A stretch of 63,472 nt of DNA, filler included, from Octopus bimaculoides (lineage: Eukaryota), in NCBI RefSeq assembly GCF_001194135.2. It is 5 parts of 5 records of this genome, joined end to end, with 100 filler letters (N's around TTAATTAATTAA, not from the genome) between each part and the next. Parts side by side here need not be neighbours in the genome. Positions count along the whole stretch, not along the records: positions 1 to 17,718 come from NC_069007.1; positions 17,819 to 31,201 come from NC_068983.1; 3 more parts are not named here. One strand, given 5' to 3'. Shown piece after piece: positions 13,182-25,159 of the stretch. The notes below the pieces were generated by a model, which did not search any database, was not told the origin of the DNA, and worked only from the letters and a program-made list of their open reading frames with translations. Every line of letters starts with the position of its first letter. Position 1 is the first letter of the stretch. Made by a program: the position numbers and the translations under genes.

Positions 13182-13461
13182 CCAATAATGATAAGGGCGA
13201 AGGATGAAGGGGACAATACAGGGACCAGCATAAGGTGTGGGGGTTTACATATAATAATGAAATGATAAAAATATATATATATATAGACGGTACACACTGG
13301 AAAAGAAGGGATATATGCATAGCATACAGAGGTAAAAAAGAAAAAAGGCGGGGGGGGATGATANNNNNNNNNNNNNNNNNNNNNNNNNNNNNNNNNNNNN
13401 NNNNNNNNNNNNNNNNNNNNNNNNNNNNNNNNNNNNNNNNNNNNNNNNNNNNNNNNNNNNN

Positions 13462-13650
13462 NCTTTCACCCACCTTTCAATAAATTCACTCGAGGACAGC
13501 ACTTCTCCCTCAACACTCTCAATTTCCTTTTCAAGTGAAACTTGAAAATGTCAATGAGAGCCCTACCAAAGAGGGATGTGTCTGTCCTCATGCCTTTCAG
13601 CGTTGTCCACCAAACAACCTCTTTCGCCACAGTCACCAGGCAAAGGGAAA
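13462..13650 (-). pseudogene. Tx1/L1-like LINE ORF2 C-terminus
   Basis: LVTVAKEVVWWTTLKG...LIDIFKFHLKRKLRV, then frameshifted EFIERWVK. Resembles Tx1-type ORF2 ends. Confidence 0.6.
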
Positions 13651-13655
13651 CTGCT

Positions 13656-13775
13656 CCTCGTGGAGCTTTTAGGTGTTTTCGCTCAATAAACACTCACAAC
13701 GCCCGGTCTGGGAATCGAAACCACGATCCTACGACCGCGAGTCCGCTGCCCTAACCACTGGGCCATTGCGCCTCC
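13656..13775 (-). mobile_element. SINE family C head
   Basis: ggaggcgcaatggcccagtggttagggc...ggtttcgattccc: A- and B-box-like tRNA head. Confidence 0.85.
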
Positions 13776-13994
13776 ACAGTACTACGTCTACAACTACTAC
13801 CAATGTTGTTTCTGCTACTACTACCAATACTGCTTTTAATACTACGACATTTACTACCACTACTACTTGTACTACAATTGCTATTACTACTACTACTACT
13901 ACAATTGCTGCTACTACTACTACTACTACTACTACTACAATTGCTGCTACTACTACTACTACTACTACTACTACAATTGCTGCTGCTGCTGCTG

Positions 13995-14037
<43 letters not shown>

Positions 14038-14051
14038 AATTGCTGCTACTA

Positions 14052-14082
<31 letters not shown>

Positions 14083-14110
14083 GACTACTTCTACTGCTGC
14101 TGCTGCTGCT
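13776..14110. repeat. Compound (ACT)n/(GCT)n repeat with recurring ACAATTGCTGCT unit
   Basis: Direct reading; this repeat explains the poly-T, poly-L and poly-Y ORFs here. Confidence 0.85.
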
Positions 14111-14694
14111 ACATGTTAAGGGACAGACAAGAACCCCTAATAAGATCGATGGGTTTCGTGAAACAAAAAACAAAGAAAAAACTTATGTTTAGGGAAGTGT
14201 GTGACAGTTGTAACATATTGACACAGTTGAGTGAGTGGAGCCTAGCAATGATCCAGGGGTCCAGCGATCAATCCTGCCTCTACCCTCATCACCATGTCCG
14301 TGTGTCCTATCACATTTCCATCTGTTATGTAAATACGCACACATACACACACACACACGCACAAATATATACACAGAAGTACACTCATGTATCCTTAAAC
14401 GCATACACACATGCTTATATATACACGAGCATAGATACAACATATAGAGAGAGACATACACATATACACACATACTCACTTGCACACATACACGGAGATA
14501 CACACGCGCTTACACACATGTACACTCGTACACACACATGCACACACTCACGCACGCATACGCACTCCCACACAGACAAACACACGAGCACGCACATACA
14601 CACACACACACACATATGTTCACTTACACACACACATGTATACATACATACATATATACATACATACATATGGAATGTGCAATACACAGCTTAA

Positions 14695-15003
14695 ATACCA
14701 ATCTTGAGAAATTAGAATTCTCAAAACCAGAAAGGAGAAAGCTAATTCGAAGACTACAGATCCAATCCATCACTGGAACTGTAAAGATCTGTAAAGCTTT
14801 CCAGAAGTTTATCATCTAAGTAGATATGCACATATCTAGATATCCAACTATGAGCATGAGAATACATACATAAAACAAAACATAAAAATCTGCACATATA
14901 CTACATACCCTGTTGATGTTGAAATTCCAATGAAGGAGCCTTGGATCTTGGTTAGAAACCGGTTCTTTCTTTATTGGCAAGAAATCTTGAAATAAAACTA
15001 AGA

Positions 15004-15034
<31 letters not shown>

Positions 15035-15151
15035 CCGATCTTGAGAAATAAGGCTTCTCAAAACCAAAAAATAGGAAGCTGATTCGAAGACTACAGATCC
15101 AAACCATCACTGGAACTGTGAAAATCTGTAAGACTTTCCAGAAGTTTATCA
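14695..15151 (+). mobile_element. Two tandem 5'-truncated non-LTR 3' ends (..RKLIRRLQIQSITGTVKICKAFQKFII*) associated with (CATA)n
   Basis: Copy 1 at 14695-15004 and copy 2 at 15034-15151 share the ORF end. Related copies at 22239-22525 (-) and 23041-23147 (+). The C-terminus resembles restriction-like-endonuclease non-LTR elements (inference). Confidence 0.65.
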
Positions 15152-15441
15152 TATATACATATGATATATACGTACGATATATGTGTACATATATCGTACC
15201 TAGGAATGTATATATATATATACATGAATGTACAAAACATACATACATATAAATACATACATATAAATACATACATACATATGTACATGCATGCATACAT
15301 ACATACAGATATGTGTGTGCATATGCGTACATATATATCGTACCTACGAATGTACGCATGTACGATGGCACGACCATACATATGTATTTGCATTTATGCA
15401 TAAATGCATATACACATACATACAAAAATGTATGTCTACAA

Positions 15442-15477
<36 letters not shown>

Positions 15478-15730
15478 GTATACACCCATGCATATATATA
15501 TATGTGTGTACACACACACAGACTCACACACATACAAACATGCATACATACTGATACATATACGTAAATTTCTGTATCTATGTACGTATGATTACATACA
15601 TAAATATACATATATGTGTGTGCGTGTGTAAGAAGGTAGGTAGGTAGGTAGGTAGGTAGGTAGGTAGGTAGGTGGGTAGGTGGGTAGGTGGGTGGGTAGG
15701 TGGGTAGGTAGGTATGTATACTTGCGTGAG

Positions 15731-15789
<59 letters not shown>

Positions 15790-16165
15790 ATATACACTAC
15801 GCTGTAGTAAATAAGTGAGAGGGAGAGACAGACAGACAGTCAGACAGACAGAGAAAGAGAGAGAGGTGGAGAGAAAGCCCTAACTGTGTCTCAATTCACC
15901 AATTCTCTGATTTAATCATTCCCTCCGCCATGCCGATATACCATTGTCTTTCACAGCCCAAATAGATTAGCTACAAATAATAATAATAATAATAACAACA
16001 ACAACAACAATAATAATAATAATAAATTAATAATAATAATAATAGTAAATATATAAATAAATAAACGGCAATGCCACCTCTGAAACAATCAGATAACCTC
16101 TCTGTTTGTCCATCTGTCTGTCTGTCTGTCTGTCTGTTTGTCACTTTGTCCGTATGACGCTTATC

Positions 16166-16218
<53 letters not shown>

Positions 16219-16507
16219 GTTTCTGGATTTTTCTAGTAAGTTTATATATAGATATCTCTTTATCTCTTTAACATTGTTACTGTCTCTCTCATTTTTCTCC
16301 TTCAGTCTCTCTCTCTCTATCTCTATCTATCTATCTCTCCCACACACACATTCTCAGTATATTTTCCTAAATTGTTTTCCTTTGAGTCTATATATTTCTT
16401 TATCCCTTTGACATTGTCCTTGTCTCCATCCATCTATCATCTTTCTACCTTCCTTTCTTCCTTCCTTTCTTCCTTTCTCTCTTTCTTTCCATCTGTCTGT
16501 CTGTCTT

Positions 16508-16586
<79 letters not shown>

Positions 16587-16591
16587 GTCTG

Positions 16592-16661
<70 letters not shown>

Positions 16662-17018
16662 TCTCTCTGTCTGTCTATCTATCTGGCGCTCTCTCTCTCT
16701 CTTTCTCTACCTATCTATCTATCTTTCCTTTCTTCTTTGTCCTTGCACCACCTCCTTCTCTCTCTCTCTCTCCCTCCCTCCCTCTCTCTCTTTTTCTCTC
16801 TCCCTCCTTCTCTCTTCCCCCCTCTCTCGCCCCTCACAAATTTTGCCATAGGTTTTTGCTGTAAGTGTATATTTCTCTATCTCTTTGACATTGCCACTCT
16901 CTCCCTCTCTTTCTCTCTCCTACTCTCTCTCTCCCTCCTACTATCTCTCTCTCTCCCTCCCTCCTACTATCTCTCTCTCTTTCCTTTTCCCCCTTTTTAC
17001 TCTCTCTTTCCCTCTCCC

Positions 17019-17049
<31 letters not shown>

Positions 17050-17569
17050 CTTCTCTCTCTTTCCCCTCTCTCACTCATTCCTCTCTCCCGCTTTCACCGC
17101 CCTCTCCCTCCCTCTATCTCTCTCTCACCCATTCTCCCCCATCTCACTCCCCGCCTTCTCTTAGCAATCTCCTTACTTTTTACCTGGCCGTCTATTTCTT
17201 CACCCACCACTCCGTACCATCCTCCTTACCCTCCTCCTCGGTTCTTCCGTCGTTCCTTCTCCAAACCAGTCAGGAGAATCCTTCACATCAGGTGCCACAA
17301 TCATTTACGGCAACTCGTTATCGCTGCGAAAAATCTGCTGCAGAGCGATGACAATCGATCTCGAGAAAGAGGCCGTCACCTTTGTGCAGTGCCGCCGGCC
17401 ACAAGCAAGATCGACAGCGGCCCCGTCCTCTCTCCTTCTCTAAGTAAAGCTGTCGATATCGGATGATCTGCAAACTATTAGATCAAACGTGCCAAGCGCC
17501 TCGCTCCTATCCACCTTCACGACAACTACAACAACATAAATAGTAATAACAACAACAACAACAGCAATA

Positions 17570-17632
<63 letters not shown>

Positions 17633-17683
17633 GTAATAATAATAATAATAATAATGATGATGATGATAATGATAACAATGATA

Positions 17684-17718
<35 letters not shown>

Positions 17719-17762
17719 NNNNNNNNNNNNNNNNNNNNNNNNNNNNNNNNNNNNNNNNNNNN

Positions 17763-17774
17763 TTAATTAATTAA
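17763..17774. other. Artificial scaffold linker TTAATTAATTAA inside a 100-bp placeholder gap
   Basis: Exactly 44 N + 12 nt + 44 N. The same structure recurs at 31246-31257, 51217-51228 and 61215-61226. It has stops in all six frames. Confidence 0.95.
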
Positions 17775-17899
17775 NNNNNNNNNNNNNNNNNNNNNNNNNN
17801 NNNNNNNNNNNNNNNNNNACGAAAAAACAACAACAAACGAGGACAGGTGGTGAAAATAACAAAAGGATGTATTAGTATGACGCTCGGGAATACGGAAAG

Positions 17900-17936
17900 T
17901 CTTTGACGTTTCGAGCTACGCTCTTCAACAGAAAGA
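17900..17936 (-). ncRNA. Hammerhead-like motif, U6 variant, in a Penelope-like terminal repeat
   Basis: Minus strand TCTTT-CTGTTGA-A-GAGC(gta)GCTC-GAAA-CGTC^AAAGA. Perfect 5-bp helix I and palindromic ACGT helix III. Same family as 30283-30319. Confidence 0.6.
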
Positions 17937-18564
17937 ATACGGAGACAAGGAGAAAAACACGGAGAAAAAAAATTGAATAGTGTTCAGTCAACGGTCAATC
18001 ATAATAATGGCTGATCATAACAATGGCTGACCGGAAGTTAGAAATTCTTGTTTCAGGAGAGCTAAGAAAAGGGGGAGATAACAAACGGTGATCGAAGAAC
18101 GAGGGGCTGTGTGTGGGAGATAGAATGCTGGTGATCTTGACGTATGTAGTGTGAAAAGTATGTGTGTCGTGGATTTTTGGAGGCATGGTTCGAGAGGAAA
18201 AAAAGAAAGAAAGAGAGAATGGTATCTTAATGATAGTTTAAGAAGTCAATTTTCTTTTAGTCCTGTTTTAGTCAGGTTTTGCAGTATATTAGATTCTGTC
18301 TTGCAGTTCATATCTACATTTAATTCACGTAAAGATATGCAACTCTACCGTAACAACGCATATATTATAAAAAAAAAAAGCAAAGACAAAAAAAAAAAAC
18401 AAAAAAAAAAAAAAAAAAACAAAAAAAAAAACAGGCACACATCAGTATTTGAACTCTTGCTATCCTTCACACATCAAATAGAACATTTCATAAAGTATGG
18501 CAAGACGTATCTGTGCAATTGCAATAATAGTTAATCCGAAAATATGTCAAATTCAACGAAATGA

Positions 18565-19385
18565 GTTCAAAGACTTCCTTGAATTATGAAGGTGATGAAA
18601 CAGGACATTGTACAGCTAAGGACAACCAACAAAGTAAAAGTTAAGGAAAGTACCATTCCACTTCTCAATACACATAATCCAGGAGTGACCAACATATTGC
18701 ACTCTATAAAAACAAACTTACGAATACTCTTACGAAAACCCACAATCTTGATGAAAACCTTGGTAAGAAGCTTGCTTCCCAACCACACGGTTCCGGGTTC
18801 AGTCCTACTGCGTGGCGCCTTAAGCAGGTGTCTCCTACTATAGACCAAGACATTGTGAGTGGATTTGGTAGGCAGAAACTGAAAGAAGTCCGTCGTATGT
18901 GTGTATGTATGTATGTATGTATGTGTGTCTTTGTGTCTGTTTTTGTCTCCCCACCATCACTTGACTACCGGCCTTGGTGTTGTTTACGTCCTATAACCTA
19001 GCGGTTCGGCAAAAGTGACCAATAGAATAAGTACCAGGCTGAACAAAAAATGTACTGGGGTCGATTCATTCAACTAAAAAGAAACAAAATTGTTCAAGAT
19101 TGTGCTCCTCCAGCATGGCCACAGTTCAATTACCGAAATGGGTAAAAGATAAACATCTCACGAGGGCAAAATTCACATCGGAGGATAATTCAGAGTTTTC
19201 CTTGGAGGACCGTGGGGACAATAGATGTGGAATTTGCAACAACAACTTCAAATATTTGGACACTAGTCGCATGAAAAATTCAAAAGTGAATTCACCTTCC
19301 AAATAAAAATGAACTGCGATACACAAAATCTCATATATTGGCATAACCTGATTAAAAGAAAATTGACTTCTTGAACGATCATTAA
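18565..19385 (+). pseudogene. Penelope-like element ORF fragment (linker plus start of GIY-YIG endonuclease), interrupted by a SINE B
   Basis: IPLLNTHNPGVTNILHSIKTNLRIL before the SINE. After it, HLTRAKF...DNRCGICN and then frameshifted FQIKMNCDTQNLIY, typical of the Penelope CxxC/GIY-YIG N-terminus. Confidence 0.75.
18760..19145 (+). mobile_element. SINE family B nested in the Penelope fragment
   Basis: Full SINE B sequence splits the Penelope reading frame. Confidence 0.9.
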
Positions 19386-19414
19386 TTTCAATCATCCCAG
19401 AAAATGACCCCGCT

Positions 19415-19462
<48 letters not shown>

Positions 19463-19812
19463 GCTGTCTGTCTGTCTCTCTCTCTGTCTCTCTCTCTGTC
19501 TCTCTCTCTGTCTCTCTTCTCTGTCTCTCTCTTTCTCTCGCTTTCTTTCTTTCTTTCTTTCTTTCTTTCCATTTACATGTACACATGTGTATATATTTTG
19601 TGTACCAAACCCAAACAGTTTTATTTGTTTATTCGCATAATTGTCTCCATACCTGATCACCTCGGTTCCTCTTGTAGGCACTCTTTACTCCTAGGACTTG
19701 GTCCTCGGTAAAGATTTCGGAGTGTAAGTTCAAATCATTTGAGCGTTACTTAGTGTTTTCTATATTGAGAATCTCTGGATCTGGTCTGTTGACTCTTACT
19801 CTATATACAGAC

Positions 19813-19975
19813 ATGCGACGAGCTTCTTTTAGTTTCCATTTACCAAATCTACTTACAAGGCTTTCATCAGCCCGAGACTACAGTAGGAGTCACTTGTCCA
19901 AGGTGTCACGCAGTGAAACTGGATCCGGAACCATGTGGCTGTGAAGCAAACTTACCACACAGCCACGCCTGCGCC
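19813..19975 (-). mobile_element. SINE family B 5' half
   Basis: Reverse complement of the head: gctgtgtggtaagtttgcttc..ggttccggatccagtttcactgcgtgacacc. Confidence 0.8.
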
Positions 19976-20042
19976 CGTATATATGTACTTGTACATATAT
20001 CCATATATACGCATGTATGTGTGTATGTGTATGTATGCGCGC

Positions 20043-20075
<33 letters not shown>

Positions 20076-20085
20076 NNNNNNNNNN

Positions 20086-20487
20086 GAATAAAAACCTCAA
20101 AAGGTAATAATTATTATTAAAATTATAATTAAGGGCATCTAAGAGATATCACCATGTTTGAAATAGCAGCCAAAACTTGACTCTAAACCCACATTGAATA
20201 TTCATATAGTACCAGGAGAGAAGACAACGAGACAAAGTAAACTAACAAAAAAATATTCCTGGATAATACCAGATATCGGATTTCTGGCTCTGCATAAGAA
20301 ATATGGAATTATCCAGTAATTTTTGCTGGTTTATTTTGTCTCTTTGTCTTCTCTCCTGGTGCTTTATGAACATTTAATGTGGTTTTAGAGTCAAGTCTTG
20401 GCTGCTATTTCAAGCATGTTGGTATCTCATAGATACCCTAAATTATAATTTTAATAATAATTATTACCTTTTCAGGTTTTTATTCCC
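20086..20487. mobile_element. About 400-bp foldback/MITE (about 185-bp imperfect inverted arms, about 30-bp spacer)
   Basis: gaataaaaacctcaaaaggtaataattattatt... versus ...aataataattattaccttttcaggtttttattc. Arms remain alignable to the centre. Left end abuts an N gap. Confidence 0.85.
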
Positions 20488-20720
20488 ATGCTGACCACCT
20501 GATAGGATTGGTATTTGAAATAACGATCTTATCCTTATTTATATACATTTATATATTTATTTCGTCATTATATTCACTATGGTGGTATTTTGACCATATT
20601 GCAGGAGGAGATTAGGCGGGCAGTTTAAACTGGTCGTATGCATACCTGCATATATATGTATGTATACGTTCGTATATGTAAGTATTCGTATGTTGTATAT
20701 AAATATATATACATGTATAT

Positions 20721-20858
20721 ACTTTATTTAAAAGCAGCAGAAATATAACAAGAGAGAGTTACTCGGAGTTTCATGTTCCCGTTCATCGAACAATGAACGG
20801 GAACGTGAAACTCCGAGTAACAGTCTTTTGTTATATTTCTGCTGCTGTTAAATAAAGT
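20721..20858. repeat. Near-perfect 138-bp palindrome (about 66-bp arms, 6-nt loop)
   Basis: actttattt-aaaagcagcagaaatataacaa..ttactcggagtttcatgttcccgttcat[cgaaca]atgaacgggaacgtgaaactccgagtaa..ttgttatatttctgctgct..aaataaagt. The right arm recurs at 45519-45555. Confidence 0.9.
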
Positions 20859-21429
20859 ATATATATATATATATATATATATATTCATATATCCCCAAGT
20901 ATGTGCATACCTGTACACACACTCACACGCAGGTAGAACACTCAAAGCAAAACTGGTACATTCATCCTCGCCACCTTTGACACTAGGACACTAACGGTTC
21001 TTCAGTAGCATCTGATCAGGGTCAGTTACTATCAGCTTTTTTATAACCCTACAGAGATTTCCATTTCTTCAGTCATTTGTTTGCTTCTTTCTTTCCTCCT
21101 TTCTTCTTTAATTACATTACATGGAGGTTGTTAATTTTTCATAACATAGGAGTTTGAAATAAACTAAGCTTTCAGTGTATAACCTCCTGCTAGTTTTTAA
21201 CCTTGATATTTTAGTGCCTATAATCCCGTTCACAGTCAACTCCCTCTTTGTCGTTTTCTATATTCTCTTCTCTTCCGTTCTCCTTTCAAATTGCTTTCTG
21301 TGGTTAATAAAGACATTTATGTCATTATTAACAATAGAATATAAAAGCGGCGGATTGCCAGAATCGTCAGAGCACAGGACAAAATGCCTTGCCGTTCGTG
21401 CATTCTCCTACATTATATCGGAAGACAAA

Positions 21430-21478
21430 TCTGGACATATTTCAGTACCATTACGGCCTCATCAGCGAAATATAGAAT
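21430..21478 (-). ncRNA. Decayed hammerhead motif
   Basis: Minus strand atttcg-CTGATGA-ggccgtaatggtact-GAAA-TATGTC^cagatt. Core intact; helices I and II eroded. Confidence 0.45.
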
Positions 21479-21994
21479 TCGCTGCACTTGCAAAAATACT
21501 AAGAAAATTATTAGTCCAAAATTTACACATGATAATGATGAAAACAGAATTGCTTTAAAAATAAATAATTCCGAGATATAATCCATTTCGACCATGTTAA
21601 AGGACGTGTTTGTGTTAACATATTTAAGTGTGTGACTAAACTCTATAAAGTCCATATACCATCATACATATACACACTCAAATACAAACACATACACACT
21701 CAGATACAAACACATACATACTCACTCCCACTTGCACATGAAACTCTCAGAAGTGTGAAACTCGAGTCGCGAGGCAAAGAAATTTAGTTTTGACTTGTAA
21801 ACGCTCCATTCGTTTCGAAACCAGACAAACTGTATTTATATTAATTTCTCTAGTTCCACGGGCAGCTTTCGACTCTTTCTATTCAAAGAAAGTTTTATCC
21901 CAACATTTACACGCTATTATTTATAGCTTAACCTGCTTCAAGATTCACTGTTCCAAAAACGGAATTATTTCACGTTCACAAAGTTTCTAAATTT

Positions 21995-22614
21995 TTATGG
22001 CGTCCTTCTCGAGCCATGGCTAATTCATAAGGGCCGGTCTCTCGATTTCATTGGCGCACATGTTACCCATCTGGATTGGACGCCGGTCCGTCGCAGGTGA
22101 GCTGCTAGATGCAGGAGGAAAGAGTGAGAGAAAGTTGTGGCGAAAGAGTCAGCAGAAGTTCGCCATTACCTTCTGTCGGAGACGCGTGGAGCTTAGGTGT
22201 TTCGCTCATAAACACACACATCACCTGGTCTAAGATTCAAGGATCCTTCATTAGAATTTCAACATCAACAATAAGGCATGTGTGTATGTATGTATGTATG
22301 TATGTATGTATGTGTGTATGTATGTATGTATGTATTTATGTATTTACGTATTTATGTATGCATGTATTTGCATATCTAGATATACTCATATATAATTAAA
22401 TGATAAACTTCTGGAAAGTTTTACATACTTTTACAGTTCCAGTGATGGATTGGATCTGTAGTCTTCGAATTAGTTTTCACTGTCTAGTTGTGTGAAACCT
22501 AAATTCTCAAGATTGATATTTAGGCAGTGTTTTGCATATCGCCTGGTCTGAGATTGGAACCCGCGAACCCTTGATCGCGAGTCCACTGCTCTAACCACTA
22601 GGCCGTATGCCTCC
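21995..22614 (-). mobile_element. SINE family C split by a (CATA)n-associated non-LTR fragment (22239-22525)
   Basis: SINE body at 21995-22238 and head at 22537-22614. The intervening sequence is the reverse complement of the 14695-15004 element. Confidence 0.7.
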
Positions 22615-22619
22615 ACAAT

Positions 22620-22653
<34 letters not shown>

Positions 22654-22746
22654 GTACGTGTGTGTATGTATATATACGCACACAAACACACAAATCTATC
22701 TACCTATCTACTATATACAGTTTACAATACGTATGTATGTATATAT

Positions 22747-22798
<52 letters not shown>

Positions 22799-22911
22799 AA
22801 GAGAGAGAGAGAGAGGGAGAGAGGGGTAGGTATGATTCACTGTCTAATTATCCACGCGGGCTTTTTATTTTGTCTTTATTTTAGTCTCATTTTTAATTTT
22901 TATCTCAATGA

Positions 22912-22981
<70 letters not shown>

Positions 22982-23040
22982 GTTCCATTTTCTGAGCCTA
23001 CATACATACATACATACATACATACATACATACATACAAA

Positions 23041-23147
23041 AATACCCTGTTGTTGATGTTGAAATTCCAATGAAGGAGCCCTGGATCTAGGTTAGAAACC
23101 GGCTCTTTCTCTGTTGGCAAGAAATCTTGAAATAAAACTGAATAATG
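23041..23147 (+). mobile_element. Short 3' end of the (CATA)n-associated non-LTR family
   Basis: Near-identical to 14905-15004; flanked by (CATA)n on both sides. Confidence 0.75.
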
Positions 23148-23243
23148 GACGTACATACATATATACATACATACAAACGAACAAACACACTCACACACAC
23201 ACACACACACACAAGCACGCACGCACAAATCGAAGCCCTAAGC

Positions 23244-23390
23244 CCGTGGTTCCTAACTTGTGGTCCACAGAGGTAGTATTGGCGGGCCATGAACATGTTA
23301 AGCTGACAGACTTTTCAATATTCTGGGATCTGTGAGAAAACTCATTTAAAGTAAAGGGTTCCTTGGTAGTGAAATAGTTCGGAACGACTG
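23244..23390. mobile_element. hAT-type MITE
   Basis: TIRs ccgtggttcctaac / gttcggaacgactg (CAGTGGTTCCCAAC-like). 8-bp TSD ccctaagc (23236-23243) / ctctaagc (23391-23398). Confidence 0.75.
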
Positions 23391-23560
23391 CTCTAAGCAG
23401 TAGTGTGTATGAATATAAATTTGTTACCAGTTTAAATATGTTTGAGGCATATTCTAACTCGTAAGAAAATCATTCACTGTATTTTGTCAGGGAAAAAATC
23501 CTCGCTATTGATAAATAGGTGTAAACACAGCAAGTCAGTTTGAAGCACTCCTTAACCAGA

Positions 23561-23608
23561 CTGTTGGATGCATGCATTTCGGAGTAGTTATCTCCTCTTC
23601 AGCATCAA
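23561..23608 (-). ncRNA. Minimal type I hammerhead ribozyme (canonical core)
   Basis: Minus strand TTGATG-CTGAAGA-GGAG(ataacta)CTCC-GAAA-TGCATGCA-T-C^CAACAG. Helix II 4 bp; helix III is the 10-nt palindrome ATGCATGCAT; AUC triplet; helix I 5/6 pairs. Confidence 0.8.
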
Positions 23609-24145
23609 ATGCAATATATAAATTGCTATTTTTCTTTTATTTGTTTTCAGCCATTATTCAAGGCTGTGTTGGGGTATCGTTTTCAAGGATTTAGTAAATA
23701 ATCTCGACAGTGACATTTATGTTAAAGCTAGGTGCTTAATTTATCGTTTGCTGCTTGTTGAATAATTTGTTTACGGGATATAAACTAAGAGCACTGTTTT
23801 TAAGTGGTGTCAGTGTGAACCATACTTAAAAACGTACATTAACGCACTCACATTTACACACATATACATGCATGCATACATACATACGTACATACATACA
23901 CACTCATACACCTACACAAGCACATACAAACACACGCACGCGAGCACACATACACACACACGTACATACGTACACAATGGGTTTTCGCAAAGTTTTCCTC
24001 CACTAAATTTCATTTAGAAAGCATCATGCAGCCAAAGGTCACAGAAGAAGACACTTGCTCAAGATAGTACGTAATAAGATCGAGCTCGATAGCCTGCGAT
24101 TGCGAAGCAAACTTCTTAACTACATCACAAGCACACACATTTAAA

Positions 24146-24190
24146 CATTTTTCTGAAGAGTGCTTTTAATGGCCGAAACAAGTCAATTTC
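24146..24190 (+). ncRNA. Decayed hammerhead motif
   Basis: ttttt-CTGAAGA-gtgcttttaatggcc-GAAA-CAAGTC^aattt. Core intact; helix II and helix I eroded. Confidence 0.4.
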
Positions 24191-25089
24191 CATTTTATAA
24201 GAAAAGCTGGTATTTAACACTGCGTTATATATATATGTTGTTTAAATGTTGTCACAACNNNNNNNNNNNNNNNNNNNNNNNNNNNNNNNNNNNNNNNNNN
24301 NNNNNNNNNNNNNNNNNNNNNNNNNNNNNNNNNNNNNNNNNNNNNNNNNNNNNNNNNNNNNNNNNNNNNNNNNNNNNNNNNNNNNNNNNNNNNNNNNNNN
24401 NNNNNNNNNNNNNNNNNNNNNNNNNNNNNNNNNNNNNNNNNNNNNNNNNNNNNNNNNNNNNNNNNNNNNNNNNNNNNNNNNNNNNNNNNNNNNNNNNNNN
24501 NNNNNNNNNNNNNNNNNNNNNNNNNNNNNNNNNNNNNNNNNNNNNNNNNNNNNNNNNNNNNNNNNNNNNNNNNNNNNNNNNNNNNNNNNNNNNNNNNNNN
24601 NNNNNNNNNNNNNNNNNNNNNNNNNNNNNNNNNNNNNNNNNNNNNNNNNNNNNNNNNNNNNNNNNNNNNNNNNNNNNNNNNNNNNNNNNNNNNNNNNNNN
24701 NNNNNNNNNNNNNNNNNNNNNNNNNNNNNNNNNNNNNNNNNNNNNNNNNNNNNNNNNNNNNNNNNNNNNNNNNNNNNNNNNNNNNNNNNNNNNNNNNNNN
24801 NNNNNNNNNNNNNNNNNNNNNNNNNNNNNNNNNNNNNNNNNNNNNNNNNNNNNNNNNNNNNNNNNNNNNNNNNNNNNNNNNNNNNNNNNNNNNNNNNNNN
24901 NNNNNNNNNNNNNNNNNNNNNNNNGATACATATGATCGACTTAGTAACGTGCACAGAAGAAAGCCTAAAAACATTTAGTTTTTTCGGCTGTAAATAACAG
25001 CTAAATCTCCTTCAAACCACACTTATCATTGTTGTTGATGCTGCTGTTTTCTTCTTCTTCTTCTTCTTCTTCTTCTTCTTCTTCTTCTT

Positions 25090-25157
<68 letters not shown>

Positions 25158-25159
25158 AT

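Noticed and set aside
13700-13775. tRNA gene calls for SINE heads (also 36108, 49345 and others)
   Set aside because: A/B-box-like motifs are followed by SINE bodies; no complete cloverleaf was seen.
13673-14119. Thr-rich mucin-like ORF
   Set aside because: Begins inside a SINE head and consists of (ACT)n/(GCT)n repeats; no splice or start context.
17763-17774. Recurring TTAATTAATTAA motif as a biological element
   Set aside because: Always centred in exactly 44+44 Ns: an assembly placeholder.
19860-19875. Isolated CTGANGA matches (also 9771, 10023, 36098, 39527, 59488, 60647, 61817)
   Set aside because: No helix II plus GAAA plus helix III arrangement; chance matches within SINEs or microsatellites.
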